The notes under the pieces: generated by a model
Database searches by the model: none
Told to the model about the DNA's origin: nothing
Seen by the model: only the letters and a program-made list of their open reading frames with translations
Program-made: the position numbers and the translations under genes
NCBI GenBank assembly: GCA_963809895.1
Contig: CAWELD010000003.1
Span: 2,816,001 to 2,880,000, forward strand
Direction: 5' to 3'
From: an uncultured Gemmatimonadales bacterium
GTDB taxonomy: Bacteria; Gemmatimonadota; Gemmatimonadetes; Longimicrobiales; Gaopeijiaceae
DNA length: 64,000 nt
In this document: piece after piece, positions 43,258 to 54,253 of the stretch
Numbering within the stretch: the stretch's first letter is position 1
Layout of the letters: each line of letters starts with the position of its first letter

Positions 43258-45195
43258 ATGCGCACCTCGTTCTTCGTGCTGGCCGGCGTGCTCATCGCTC
43301 TCCCGCTGCAGGCGCAGACCGCACTTCCCCCGACGAATCAGGAGATCTTCGCCCCCCTCGACCTGCCGGCCGCCAACGCCATGAGGACCGGCGGCGGCGC
43401 CCCGGGAGCCGAGTACTGGCAGAACCGGGCCGATTACCGGATCACGGCCAGTCTCGACACCGTGGCGCACAGGGTCACGGGTTCGGAGACCATCCACTAC
43501 ACCAACAACTCGCCCGACTCCCTCCGGTTTCTGTGGCTGCAGCTCGATCAGAATCTCTTCAAGCCCGGGAGCATGGGCGCGCTCGTCAACAGCGGGAACC
43601 GCTGGCGCGGGGCCTTCGCCGATGGAGGGGACCGGATCGACCACGTGCAGGTGACGCTGGCGGGCCGGACCTCGAGCGCGTCGCCCATGGTGGCCGACAC
43701 GCGCATGCGGGTGGACCTGCCCTCTCCGCTGCCGCCACACGGGGGCACCGTGGACCTCGATATTGGCTGGAGCTTCGTGATACCGGAGTACGGGGCCGAC
43801 CGCACGGGCCGCTACCACGGTCAGGACGGCTGGGTCTACGAGGTCGCCCAGTGGTACCCACGCATGTACGTGTACGACGACGTGCACGGCTGGAATCCGA
43901 TGCCCTACCAGGGCCAGGGCGAGTTCTACCTGGAATACGGCAGCTTCGACGTGGCCATCACCGTGCCCCACGACGTGATCGTGGTGGCCACCGGTGAGCT
44001 CGAGAATCCCGACGAGGTGCTCACCACGGAGCAGCGCAGGCGGCTGGATCGGGCCCGCGGCACCGCGGAGACCGTGGCGGTGGTGTCGCCCGACGAGGTG
44101 CGCAGCGACGCGATCCGACCTCCCGGAGACGGGCCCCTGACCTGGCGGTTCCACGCAGACAACGTGCGCGACGTCTCCTGGGGAGCGTCGCGGGCGTTCA
44201 TCTGGGACGCGACCTCCTGGGAAGACGTCCTGATCATGTCCGCCTACCCCCGAGAAGGGTTGGGCACACCGAAGGAGCCGGGCTGGGAGATGGCGGCCCA
44301 GTACGCCCGCCACACCATCTCCTACTACTCGACGCAGTGGTACCGCTACCCCTACCCGGTGGCCATCAACGTCGCCGGCGTCGTGGGCGGGATGGAGTAC
44401 CCCATGATCGTCTTCTGCAGCGTCGACTCCCGCGACGCCGGGCTGTTCAGCGTGACGGACCACGAGCTCGGCCACTCGTGGTTCCCCATGATCGTGGGCA
44501 GCGACGAGCGACGCTGGGCGTGGATGGACGAGGGCTTCAACACCTTCATCAACCACTATTCCAACCTGGACTACTACGGCGACGCAGCGCTGTCGTCGCT
44601 CCGCACACAGGCGCCCTACATCGTGGCGCAGCAGAGGTCTCCGTTGGCGGACCAGCCCATCATGACCTATCCCGACGAGCTGCGCCGGAACGGCCTGGGA
44701 TTCCTCGCCTACCGCAAGCCCGGGTACGGGTTGGTGATGCTGCGTGAGGACATCCTGGGCAGGGACCGCTTCGACGCGGCCTTCCGCGAGTACATCCGCC
44801 GCTGGGCCTTCAAGCATCCCAAGCCCCAGGACTTCTTCCGCACCATGGAGGACGTGTCGGGAGCGGATCTCGACTGGTTCTGGCGCGGCTGGTTCTTCGG
44901 CACGGGCACCCTGGACCAGGCCGTGGACGGCGTCACGACCGACGCTTCGGGCTCACACGTAGCCCTCTCGAACAGGAACGAGCTGGTGATGCCGGTGATC
45001 CTGGAGCTCACCTACGACGACGGCACCCGCGACGTTCGTCATCTTCCCGTGGAGATCTGGGCCACGGGAGACCACTACACGCTGGACGTGCCGGATCACA
45101 CCGTGGTGGGCGCTCGGCTGGACCCCGACGACCTCTATCCCGACGTGGTGTCGAACAACGACGCCTGGCCGGTGGTGAGCATGGGCGGCAGCTGA
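43258..45195 (+). CDS. M1-family metallo-aminopeptidase, secreted
   Basis: GGMEY, HELGH-x18-E; signal peptide. Confidence 0.93.
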   Translation: MRTSFFVLAGVLIALPLQAQTALPPTNQEIFAPLDLPAANAMRTGGGAPGAEYWQNRADYRITASLDTVAHRVTGSETIHYTNNSPDSLRFLWLQLDQNLFKPGSMGALVNSGNRWRGAFADGGDRIDHVQVTLAGRTSSASPMVADTRMRVDLPSPLPPHGGTVDLDIGWSFVIPEYGADRTGRYHGQDGWVYEVAQWYPRMYVYDDVHGWNPMPYQGQGEFYLEYGSFDVAITVPHDVIVVATGELENPDEVLTTEQRRRLDRARGTAETVAVVSPDEVRSDAIRPPGDGPLTWRFHADNVRDVSWGASRAFIWDATSWEDVLIMSAYPREGLGTPKEPGWEMAAQYARHTISYYSTQWYRYPYPVAINVAGVVGGMEYPMIVFCSVDSRDAGLFSVTDHELGHSWFPMIVGSDERRWAWMDEGFNTFINHYSNLDYYGDAALSSLRTQAPYIVAQQRSPLADQPIMTYPDELRRNGLGFLAYRKPGYGLVMLREDILGRDRFDAAFREYIRRWAFKHPKPQDFFRTMEDVSGADLDWFWRGWFFGTGTLDQAVDGVTTDASGSHVALSNRNELVMPVILELTYDDGTRDVRHLPVEIWATGDHYTLDVPDHTVVGARLDPDDLYPDVVSNNDAWPVVSMGGS

Positions 45196-45232
45196 ACAGG
45201 CCGGGCCGCGGCCCTGGACGGGCTGCGGGTCG

Positions 45233-48200
45233 TCAGCGGTTCCCGCCGAAGGTGATCCGCAGCCCGAACTGCATCTGCCACTGCGAATCGGGCGACACCA
45301 CGGCCCAGGGCTCCGTGGGGTTCACCTGACCGCCTGCGTCCTTCGCCGGAAGTGAGGGGCCCGCCCAGGCCGAGATCAACTCGCCGGTCCCCTCTCTCCG
45401 GCCCACCGGCTCGAGCAGGCTGGTGTTCGCCTTGACCGACTCCACCTTGCCCCAGTCGGCGTTGAGGAGGTTGAGGAAGTTGATCATGTCGGCTTCGAGA
45501 CGGACCTCGGCGCCGCGCACGTGCGTGATCTGCGACAGACGCACGTCGAGGCGGTTCTGCCAGGGCGAGCGGCACGAGTTGCGGGGGATGATCTCGCCTC
45601 GCGACGCCGCCAGGCACGCGTCGCTCTTGAGCGCCTTGCTCAAGAGTCCCGTGGTGGCGAAGCTGGCGGGCAACTCGCTGGGGTCGTCGGGCACGTAGAT
45701 GAGGTCGTTGGTGCGGTCGAAGGCGGGGCCCTGGCCGGGGTAGCCGTCGCCGTTGATGTCGCCGTAGTACACGTACGAGAAGGGCAGCCCCGACTGGCCG
45801 GTGTAGAGCAGCGAGATCTGGGTGTCGTCGAGCCCCGGGAAGGGCGCGCCGTAGACCGACAGCACCAGCTTGTGCGGCCGGTCGAAGTTCGAGGTGGTGA
45901 GCTCGGTGCGGTTGGGGTCCGTCCGCGTGGGCGTGAGGCCGTAGTTGGCCACCATGTCGGTGGACACCAGGCTCATCTTGTCGTAGGAGCGGGCGTAGGA
46001 ATAACCGGTCTGGAAGCCCAGCCGGTCGGTGAGCTGCCCCCGAAGCTCGGCCGTGATCGAAAAGCCCCAGTCCTCGCTCTCGTTCGTCGCCAGCAGCACG
46101 TGAGCGAACTCCGGGTGGTCCCAGGTGGGAACCCAGCCCTTCGTCGCCTGCCGGCCGTAGCGCTTGCGCTCGAAGCCGCCGTAGCCGTTCAGCGGTCCCT
46201 GGTTCCCCGCCGGATCGCCCAGGTTCAGCTCCTGCAGCACGATCTGGTTGATGGCCCGGTTGAAGAGAAAGCCCAACGAGCCGCTGATGCGCGAGCTGAA
46301 TTCCTGATCCACCACCACCGAGAATTTCAGGTCCTGGGGATACTTGAACTCGGGATCGAACACCGTCACCGTGCGCAGCAGATTCGGCTCCCCGGCGTAG
46401 CACGTGTCGGGGGGATTGAAGGGGTCGAAGGGCGGCACCGTGTTGCCCGAGAGCGGGTCGTCGGTGACGCGGCCGGTGCAGGTCATGGTGATGTGGCTCA
46501 TGCCGTCGTACTGGAACGCGTTGGAGAGCCACACGAAGGGGAACTGACCCACGAACATGCCCAGCCCGCCCCGCACCTGGGTCGTGCGCTCGCCCTCGCT
46601 CTGCCAGTTGAAGCCCCAGCGGGGCGAGATGAGGAACTGGCCCGTGGGCAGGTGACTGGTCTTGTAGCCGAACAGGTCGGTGACCTGGAAGTTCTCGTCG
46701 GGATGATCCAGCACGTAGGGCACATCGATGCGGAGCCCGAAGCGCATGGTGAGCCCCTTGCCGGCATCGATCTGGTCCTGCAGGAACGCCCCCCACTGGA
46801 GCACCGAGAAGTTCGTGGTCGGATCCGCCCCGTCGGCCAGGAGCGTGCGCTCGTAGCGCTGCGGGGCGTTGTTGCGGACGTCGTTCATGCTGGCGAAGAA
46901 GTAGCTCCCCGTCTCGCCGGGCACGTAGCGGTGGCTGATGCCGTAGTAGGCGCCGGTCAGCCCCAGCGTGTACACGCTCCCGGTGCCGGTGCCCTCGTCG
47001 GGATCCTTGTTCAGCGACAGCGTGTTGGTGAACTGGATGTTGGTCTGGCGCAGATCGTTGTTCTGGGCGTAGAACTGCGAGCCCACCCGCACGCCTCGCT
47101 GAAAGCCCGACCCGTCGACGCTGCTGATGAGGTCGGCTTCCACCTGTGGCCAGGTCACCGCCGGGGTGGACTCGTCCACGCTGCGTTGGATGGAGACGTT
47201 GAGCTCGTTGGCGCCCCGGTCGCCCAGGTCCGAGAAGAGCTGGAACGAGGTCGTGTTGTTGAGCCCCTTCCGATGCACCGCGTTGGACGACAGCCCGTAC
47301 GGCTCGAAGGCGAACCGGTTCGGGCTCTCGTCGTTCGACGCGTACGCGAACACGTTGCGCACCGTCATGCGCTGCCCGTTGGCCAGCGTCCAGTCCACCC
47401 GGCCGAACACGTTGGCCAGCTCCTGCTTCAGCGGATACGGCCCGGCGATCCCCGCATCCAGCCCGAACTGGTTCGCCAGCTCGTCGGAGAAGTCGCCCAC
47501 CGCTTCGGGCGACAGCCGCACCAGTTGTGGGTCGTCACGCAGCAGGTTGTAGCCCGTGGGCGGCTGCTTGCGCCGCTCGAACTCGCCCGACACGAAGAGG
47601 TGTGCCCGGTCCTGGATGATGGGCCCGCCCACCGACAGCCCCAGCAGCGTGCGGTCCACCCCCGAGGCCTCCACCGGCCCCGTGGGCAGGCTCAGGTCGC
47701 CGATGAGCGCTTCGGCCCGGTAGGCGCCGAACGCCCGCGCGTTCCACTGGTTGGTGCCCGTCTTGGTCACCGCGTTCATCACCCCGCCCGTGAACCCCGA
47801 CAGCCGCACGTCGAAGGGCGCCACCAGCACCTCGTACTGGGCCACCGCGTCCAGCGGGATCAGCTTGGCCCCCGCCTGCCCCCCAGGCACGCCGCCCGCC
47901 GTCAGCCCGAACACGTCCTTGCTCGCCACCCCGTCGATCAGGATCGAGTTGTAGCGATCGTTCTGACCCGCCACCGAGAAGCCCCCGCCCTCGGTGGTCT
48001 TCACCAGCGGCGACAGCACCGCCAGCTCCATCAGGTTCCGGGACAGGATCGGCACCGACTCCACCACCCGCTCGTCCATGCGCGTCGCCGGACCCACCTG
48101 GCTCGGGTTGAAGATCTCCGCCCGCTCCGCCGTCACGTCGATCCCTTCCACCTCGATGGCCTGCTCCTGCATGCGCACGTCCAGCGTGACCACGTCGCCC

Positions 48201-48515
48201 ACCTGCAGGTGGATGTCCTCCAGCGTCGCGTCGGCGTAGCCCAGACTCTGCACCAGCAGCGTGTACGGCCCGCCGGGTTGGAGTTGCAGGATCAGGTAGC
48301 GGCCCTCGGCGTTGGTGGCCACCCGCTTGAGCGCTCCTGTCTCCTCCTGGCGCAGCGTCACCACCGCCGCCGACAGCGGCTCGCCCGCCTGGTTCGTCAC
48401 CGTGCCCCGCACCGCCGCCGTGGTGCGGGACTGTGCCGCCAGCGGCAGCGCCGTGCCCCCCAGCGCCAGGACGAGAAGGACCAGCCGGAAGAACGTCGAC
48501 GTGGATCCGGTTCAT
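45233..48515 (-). CDS. Oar-type TonB-dependent receptor; the ATG at 48515 is 1 nt out of frame
   Basis: Carboxypeptidase-regulatory-like N-domain, NSILIDG, APFDVRLSGFTGGVMNAVTK, SPRWGFNW; the signal peptide FFRLVLLVLALGGTALPLAA-Q is in frame upstream of 48412 but has no in-frame ATG. Confidence 0.88.
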
Positions 48516-48681
48516 GGATTGCCGCGCGGTTGGAGAAGGGAGTGCCGAGTGAGGGGCACTGAAGGGAGAGACAGGGGAGAGGGCTGGAATGTTGTGCAAC
48601 CCGCCGTCACCCGCTACCGCCCGAAGGTGACACGTCCGACATTGGCTTTGACCGATTCCACACCACCGCCGGGTGGAACGG

Positions 48682-50292
48682 TCAGTTTCCGGCGACATCA
48701 CCGGGATTCCGTGCCCGGGCCTGGTCGAAGGCGTCGTAGGCCGCCCTTCTGTCGCGGAGCACCGACGCGGACACCTGATCCGGAAGCGCGTCACTCCCGT
48801 ACAACTCGATGAAGAGGGGCTCGAGACTGCTGCTGAAAGCCGGAAACTCCCGGAACGTCCCTGGCACCAGATCGCCCCACCCCCGGTCGTCGAGATATTC
48901 GGTGAAGGGACCGTAGTGGTAAAGCTCGATGCGCTTCTCGTACTTGAACGCCTCCCACAGGCCTCCACAGGTGCCGTCCGCGCGCTGGGGCACGCAGCGC
49001 GCTCCCCCGGGCACAGCCCCACCCGGCGTGGACAGCGGTGGCAGATCGCCTCGCGCCCGAGACGCGTTCACGATCTGCATGGCAGAGGCGCGATCACCGA
49101 GGCGGAAGAAGGCCTCGGCTCGAATGAAGTCCAGCTCCTTCACGGGAAAGTCGACGTACCGGCCGACGCCTTCGGCCTCCAGGAGCGGAGCGAATCGTGC
49201 ATCGGCGTAGAAGGAGAAATGGTCCATCCCCCGCTCGGGCCGGAAGATGGACGAGGCTTCGTAACGGACGTAGAGCCCGTCCTGATCCGGCGCCGCTCCG
49301 GTGATGCGCCGATCATCGGTATCGATGAGAAAGGGGCGTCGGTCCGCCGGCGTTGCATTGATCCAGGTCTCCCATGCGCCGCTGGCGTCGGCGGGTCCGA
49401 TGGTGCGGTAGTCCAGCCTGGCCCAGTCCGGCTGCACGCCGGCCCAGAGCTTGTCCATGCCCCAGGCCCAGTTGGAGTCGTAGTCCCCGTCGTAGTAGCC
49501 GGCCCAGTCGCGGGCGATTCCCTGATCGAGGTCATCGAGCACCGCCGCCCAATCCACCAGGGCCCGCTCCTGCGGGTTACGGGCCACCGAGATCGCGATC
49601 CTGGCTCGGTAGGAGTGGGCCATCCGCACGAACATGTCCCGGTCCCAGTCCTGATCGAACCCGACCCAGGCCGCAGGAATCACGAATCCTTCGCCGCTAT
49701 CGGCGACCTCCACGGCCTCGGCCAGCTTGGCCATGGCGGCGGCGCGCACCTCGGGGTACGGTGACAACGAGATCGACGACGGGCTGACGTGTTCGTCCAG
49801 CACGAATGCAGCCGAGAAGAGCTCGGCGAGCTCACCGAGGGCCATGCCCTGGACCAGCTTGGCGAAGGCCACTGCCCGTCGGGTGTCGACCTCGGAGTCA
49901 CCCAGGGTCACCCCTTCGTCGATGGCCTTGAGAACATCGCGCGCGGAGGCCAGTGCGCGGTGGAGCTCGGTCCACGGGATTTCAGTGAGGTTGAAGCGAT
50001 AGTCCGGATCCAGGTTCAGGGGCATCCGCGGCTCCGCACCGGCGTCGAGCATCCCCCAGTTCCGCCACGACGAGGTATGGGCATCGGCGGCAGTGGAGAG
50101 CGCCGCTCCGGGGACCGCACCATGCGATGCGCGCCACACCGGTGCGAGACTCGTCGACACCATGGCCTCGACCTCTGTCGCCGCCGCGGCACTGAACGCC
50201 GGCGGAGGAGGCGCGGTCACCGTGGCCGGGTCGTCGGAGCATGCCGCCACCAACAAACCCAGAAGTCCCACCCCGATCGCAGTCCTGTGCAT
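48682..50292 (-). CDS. SusD/RagB-like lipoprotein
   Basis: VAAC lipobox; ELDFIRAEA, VNASRAR, YEKRIEL, DDRGWG. Confidence 0.8.
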   Translation of the reverse strand: MHRTAIGVGLLGLLVAACSDDPATVTAPPPPAFSAAAATEVEAMVSTSLAPVWRASHGAVPGAALSTAADAHTSSWRNWGMLDAGAEPRMPLNLDPDYRFNLTEIPWTELHRALASARDVLKAIDEGVTLGDSEVDTRRAVAFAKLVQGMALGELAELFSAAFVLDEHVSPSSISLSPYPEVRAAAMAKLAEAVEVADSGEGFVIPAAWVGFDQDWDRDMFVRMAHSYRARIAISVARNPQERALVDWAAVLDDLDQGIARDWAGYYDGDYDSNWAWGMDKLWAGVQPDWARLDYRTIGPADASGAWETWINATPADRRPFLIDTDDRRITGAAPDQDGLYVRYEASSIFRPERGMDHFSFYADARFAPLLEAEGVGRYVDFPVKELDFIRAEAFFRLGDRASAMQIVNASRARGDLPPLSTPGGAVPGGARCVPQRADGTCGGLWEAFKYEKRIELYHYGPFTEYLDDRGWGDLVPGTFREFPAFSSSLEPLFIELYGSDALPDQVSASVLRDRRAAYDAFDQARARNPGDVAGN

Positions 50293-50448
50293 GCCTCACC
50301 TTCCCGCTCTCGATTCCTTCGCAGGGCGCCGCACCGGGCGCCTTGATCGTTCGAGAAGGAGACGTGTGCAGGTCACGGATTCTGTCACGAGCCGGGGGTC
50401 CGGCAGAAAACCGTCGGCTGGCTCGTCACCTCTATACGGTCGTACCGT

Positions 50449-52965
50449 ATGCTGAAGCGAGCAGGATCTGGACCCGATGCCGGAGAACAGCCTGTGCGAG
50501 AACGTCATCTGCGGGCCCTGACGAGCCTGGGAGCCGCCCTGGTGGCACTCCTGGGTGTCGCGCCCGGCGTGACCGCTCAGTCTCGCGCGCAGGGCTCCGT
50601 GCGCGGCTCCGTGGTGGAGGCGGCCACCGATCGCCCGGTCGCCGGGGCCACCGTGACCCTGTCACCCGATTCGCTGTCGGCAGGGTCGGATGACGCGACA
50701 CGGGACGCCGCACCGCGCAGGGTTCTCACCGACCGCCACGGCAGCTATGGCTTCAGGGCCGTGGAGCCCGGCCGGTACCGGGTGGAGGTGACGGGATTGG
50801 GATACCGGACCGCCGTGGTCTGGATCGATCTCCCCGCCGCCTGGAAGGTCCGGCGGAGCGTGGGCCTCGAAGTCGAACCGGTGGCCCTGGATCCCATCGA
50901 GATCACGTATCTGGCCCGACGCCACGCCCTTCCTGCGGGGATGGGTACGGCATCATCGAGGCCCGACGTCCCCGGGGACGAGTGGCGCGAGACCTCGCGT
51001 TCCGCCGACTACACCCTCGATGCTCGCGTGCTGGATCCCGACAGCCTGCCTGGCATCGGCACGCTGGGCGAACCCGACGTGTTCCGGGCGCTTCAGCGCC
51101 TTCCCGGAGTCTCCGGTCGTGGCGACTTCTCCGCCACGCTCTGGACTCGTGACGCGCCGTGGGGGCTCACCAGGATCGTCCTGGACGGCCTGCCCCTGTA
51201 CGACCCACTCCACCTCGGAGGCGTCGCGGCCGGTCTGACCGCCGACGGACTCGGCCAGGTGACGCTCCTGCCGGGCGTCCGCCCCCCTTCGGCAGCAGAG
51301 GGGGCCGCGGGCACGCTGGAGCTCACGACCCGAGCAGCACGCCGGAACCGGAGCCTCTCTGCAGGGCTGTCGTCCATGGCCGCCAGGGTCCACGCCGAAG
51401 ACCGCTGGATGGACGACCGCATCGGTGTGTCGGTTACCGGGCGGCGTTCCTGGTGGGACGTCGTGCATCCCCCCACGGTCTTCACGGGCGAGCCGGCGGA
51501 CGGCTCCATCGACTACCGCTTCTCGGATCTCACTGCGCGCTTCGATGCGCGACTGGGCGACCGCACGCTCCTCGAGGCCGGCGGGCTCCGGGAGCAGGAC
51601 CGGATCCGTGGCGACATCCCGGGCCTGGTGTCCTCGTCCGCCGGTACCTGGGGAAACGCCATGGGATGGGTCGGCGTCCGGCAGTCGCTCGGAAATCTGC
51701 GAGTCTCGGCACGCCTCGGTGGGGTGCGCTACGCGGTGAAGACGCGTCCGCTTCCGTGGGCTTCCTTCAAGGGGCCCGACGGGCTTCCGTCGCTCGGTCT
51801 GCTGGTCACCCGTTTGGGGCATACCATGGCGCGACTGGAGGTCGCCGGAGGGAGTCCCGACGATCGCCTGGAATGGGCCGTAGGCTATCGGCGGCTCGTG
51901 GACCGGCTGTCGCAGCAGGGTCCCGAAGCCGAGGACCATCTGGCCCCGGGTGTGGCCACCACCGCCGAGTTGCGACGCGGGGTCGCGTGGACTCAGGCAC
52001 AGTTCCACCTGGGCCGGGTCGATCTCGCCGGGGGCGCCAGCTTCGACCTCACGGAGAGCAGGATGCGTCTGAAGGGCGGCGGGGTTCGGCCGAGCGTTCG
52101 AGCACGTTGGGCTCCCCTGCGGTGGCTGTCCGTGGAGGCCGCCACCGGCGTGAGCCGACAGTTCGAGTACCCACTCGCCCCTGCCGGGGTCTCGCTCGGC
52201 CCCTCCCTCGGCGTGGGACACGTCTGGATCCTGGCCGGAGAGGACCGCCCACCCTTGACGTCGCGAACCAGCACGCTCGGGGCGGCGGCGCTGCTTCCGT
52301 GGGGAGTGCAGGCCCATCTCACGGGCTGGACCCGACACACGGACGGAGTATGGATGGCCGGGATCTCCGGTTCGGGCGCCGGTCAGCAGACCACGCCCGT
52401 GGAGGATCCAGCCACAGGCAGCGAGCGGGGGCAGGGCGTCGAGCTCGGTCTGAGCTGGACCGGCGAGGCCGTGGCCGTCGAGGGCGGCTACTCTCTGGGC
52501 CGGTCCCACTTCTCCGGGCCCGATACGCCGACCTGGGCATCGCCGGCTCAACGGACCCACTCCGTCGACCTGCACGCCTCCGGTCGTCTGCCCGTGGGGC
52601 TGACGCTCGGCGCCGAGCTCACGGCCGAGTCTGGGTGGCCTCTGAGACTCAGGGACCCGAGCACGTGCAATTCGGACGAGAGCCAGTGCGCCGGCGGGGA
52701 AAGCCGGCCCAACGGCCATTCGGACGCCCCTTCCTATGCTTCCCTGGATCTCTCCATGGCCTGGACCCACACCCTCGGCCCCGTGGCCTTCGATCTCGTG
52801 ACCTCCCTTCGTAACACCCTCGGCCGCGACAACACCGCGGCATACAAGGCAACGACCTGCACGGGCGTCACGCTCATCTCGATCATCTGTGAGTCGGGCC
52901 AGGGCCGCTTCTCGCCCGGGCTGACCCGGCCCACACCCTCTATCGCCCTCCAGGTGCGTTTCTGA
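50449..52965 (+). CDS. TonB-dependent receptor-like protein (putative signalling receptor)
   Basis: N-terminal carboxypeptidase-regulatory-like domain, EPDVFRALQRLPGV plug, LDGLPLYDPLH, C-terminal LQVRF; start uncertain. Confidence 0.82.
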   Translation: MLKRAGSGPDAGEQPVRERHLRALTSLGAALVALLGVAPGVTAQSRAQGSVRGSVVEAATDRPVAGATVTLSPDSLSAGSDDATRDAAPRRVLTDRHGSYGFRAVEPGRYRVEVTGLGYRTAVVWIDLPAAWKVRRSVGLEVEPVALDPIEITYLARRHALPAGMGTASSRPDVPGDEWRETSRSADYTLDARVLDPDSLPGIGTLGEPDVFRALQRLPGVSGRGDFSATLWTRDAPWGLTRIVLDGLPLYDPLHLGGVAAGLTADGLGQVTLLPGVRPPSAAEGAAGTLELTTRAARRNRSLSAGLSSMAARVHAEDRWMDDRIGVSVTGRRSWWDVVHPPTVFTGEPADGSIDYRFSDLTARFDARLGDRTLLEAGGLREQDRIRGDIPGLVSSSAGTWGNAMGWVGVRQSLGNLRVSARLGGVRYAVKTRPLPWASFKGPDGLPSLGLLVTRLGHTMARLEVAGGSPDDRLEWAVGYRRLVDRLSQQGPEAEDHLAPGVATTAELRRGVAWTQAQFHLGRVDLAGGASFDLTESRMRLKGGGVRPSVRARWAPLRWLSVEAATGVSRQFEYPLAPAGVSLGPSLGVGHVWILAGEDRPPLTSRTSTLGAAALLPWGVQAHLTGWTRHTDGVWMAGISGSGAGQQTTPVEDPATGSERGQGVELGLSWTGEAVAVEGGYSLGRSHFSGPDTPTWASPAQRTHSVDLHASGRLPVGLTLGAELTAESGWPLRLRDPSTCNSDESQCAGGESRPNGHSDAPSYASLDLSMAWTHTLGPVAFDLVTSLRNTLGRDNTAAYKATTCTGVTLISIICESGQGRFSPGLTRPTPSIALQVRF

Positions 52966-52975
52966 TCCCTCCCGC

Positions 52976-53473
52976 ATGGATGTCGAGCATGTCTTCCGCA
53001 CCCACCACGACGCCCTCTTCCGCTACCTGGCGCGGGCATGTGGCGACCCTCACCTGGCCAAGGATGCGGTCCAGGAGACCTTCGTCCGCCTCCAGGAGCA
53101 GCGCTCCGTGCGCCCCGCGGCCGTACGCTCCTGGCTCTTCACGACCGGCATGAACGTGGTGCGAGACGTCCGGCGTCAGGAAGCGACGCACGCGCGCATC
53201 CTGGAGACCCGTCCCCGGCACGTGCCGACACCGGCACCCTCGGCGGACCCGTCGGACCGTGTCGAGCGCGCCGAGGATCGTGCGCGTCTCGCCACCGCGC
53301 TCTCCGAGCTTCGCGAGCGGGAGAGGCGGGCCCTGCTCATGCGCGAAGAAGGCTTCAAGCACCGGGAGATCGCGGAAGCTCTCGAGACCACCACGGGCTC
53401 CGTGGGCACCCTCCTGGCCCGGGCTCTGGACAAGCTCGCCCGGGCCATGGGACCACTCGAGGAGGCTCCATGA
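52976..53473 (+). CDS. ECF RNA polymerase sigma factor
   Basis: AKDAVQETF, RSWLF, EGFKHREIAEAL. Confidence 0.92.
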   Translation: MDVEHVFRTHHDALFRYLARACGDPHLAKDAVQETFVRLQEQRSVRPAAVRSWLFTTGMNVVRDVRRQEATHARILETRPRHVPTPAPSADPSDRVERAEDRARLATALSELRERERRALLMREEGFKHREIAEALETTTGSVGTLLARALDKLARAMGPLEEAP

Positions 53474-54171
53474 CCGTTCGGCCTCGGGAACAGTGTCCGG
53501 ATGACGCAGGCCTCATCGCCTTTCTCGACGATGCCATGGACGTCGAGGAACGCCTCCGTGTCGAGGGCCACCTGCGTACGTGCGCCACCTGCGATGAGCG
53601 CGTGCGACGCCTCCGCGCCCGCTCCGAGGCGGTCACCGCCTGGCTGCAGCGGCACGATACCTCGCCGCCTCCACGATCCGCCTACGACCTGCGTCCCCGA
53701 CGGCGCGCGTCGTCCGTGAGGGGCTGGGCCGTGGCGGCCAGCGTCGTGCTGGCAGCGGCCGTGGCGGCAGGGCCCGCGCGGGGATGGCTCCTCTCCAGGC
53801 TCGGACTCCGCGCGCCGGAGACTCCGACGGTCAGCTCTCCTGCGCCGGTTTCGAGAGACGCCACTTCCTTCCGGCCCACGGGGCCCGAGATCAGCATCGT
53901 CTTCACCATGGAAGCCGGCCCCCGCCGGCTGCTCTTCACGCGCACCGACGATTCGTTGGTGACCGTGCGGGCTCCCGGCCCCGAGGCCGAGCTCCTGCTT
54001 CGGCCGGGCTCGGTGGAGATCCGCGACCCCTCGCCCGTGCGGCGCGATTTCGGCGTGTCGCTCCCCCCCTTCGTCCAGCGCGTCAGGGTCCGCATGGCGA
54101 GCGCGTCCGACACGCTCATCGAGCTGCCGGACGCGGGCGGGGCGACGACGGTGGATCTCCCGGGAGGCTGA
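53470..54171 (+). CDS. ZAS (zf-HC2) anti-sigma factor with a TM helix
   Basis: HLRTCATC (HxxxCxxC); WAVAASVVL TM; ATGA overlap. Confidence 0.88.
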   Translation: MTVRPREQCPDDAGLIAFLDDAMDVEERLRVEGHLRTCATCDERVRRLRARSEAVTAWLQRHDTSPPPRSAYDLRPRRRASSVRGWAVAASVVLAAAVAAGPARGWLLSRLGLRAPETPTVSSPAPVSRDATSFRPTGPEISIVFTMEAGPRRLLFTRTDDSLVTVRAPGPEAELLLRPGSVEIRDPSPVRRDFGVSLPPFVQRVRVRMASASDTLIELPDAGGATTVDLPGG

Positions 54172-54253
54172 GCGCTCTTCCGCCTTGCCCCGGCGACCGG
54201 CCGGCTCTACCGTGCCCTCTCCTTCATCCCGAACCCCAAGGAGCTGGCGCGCC

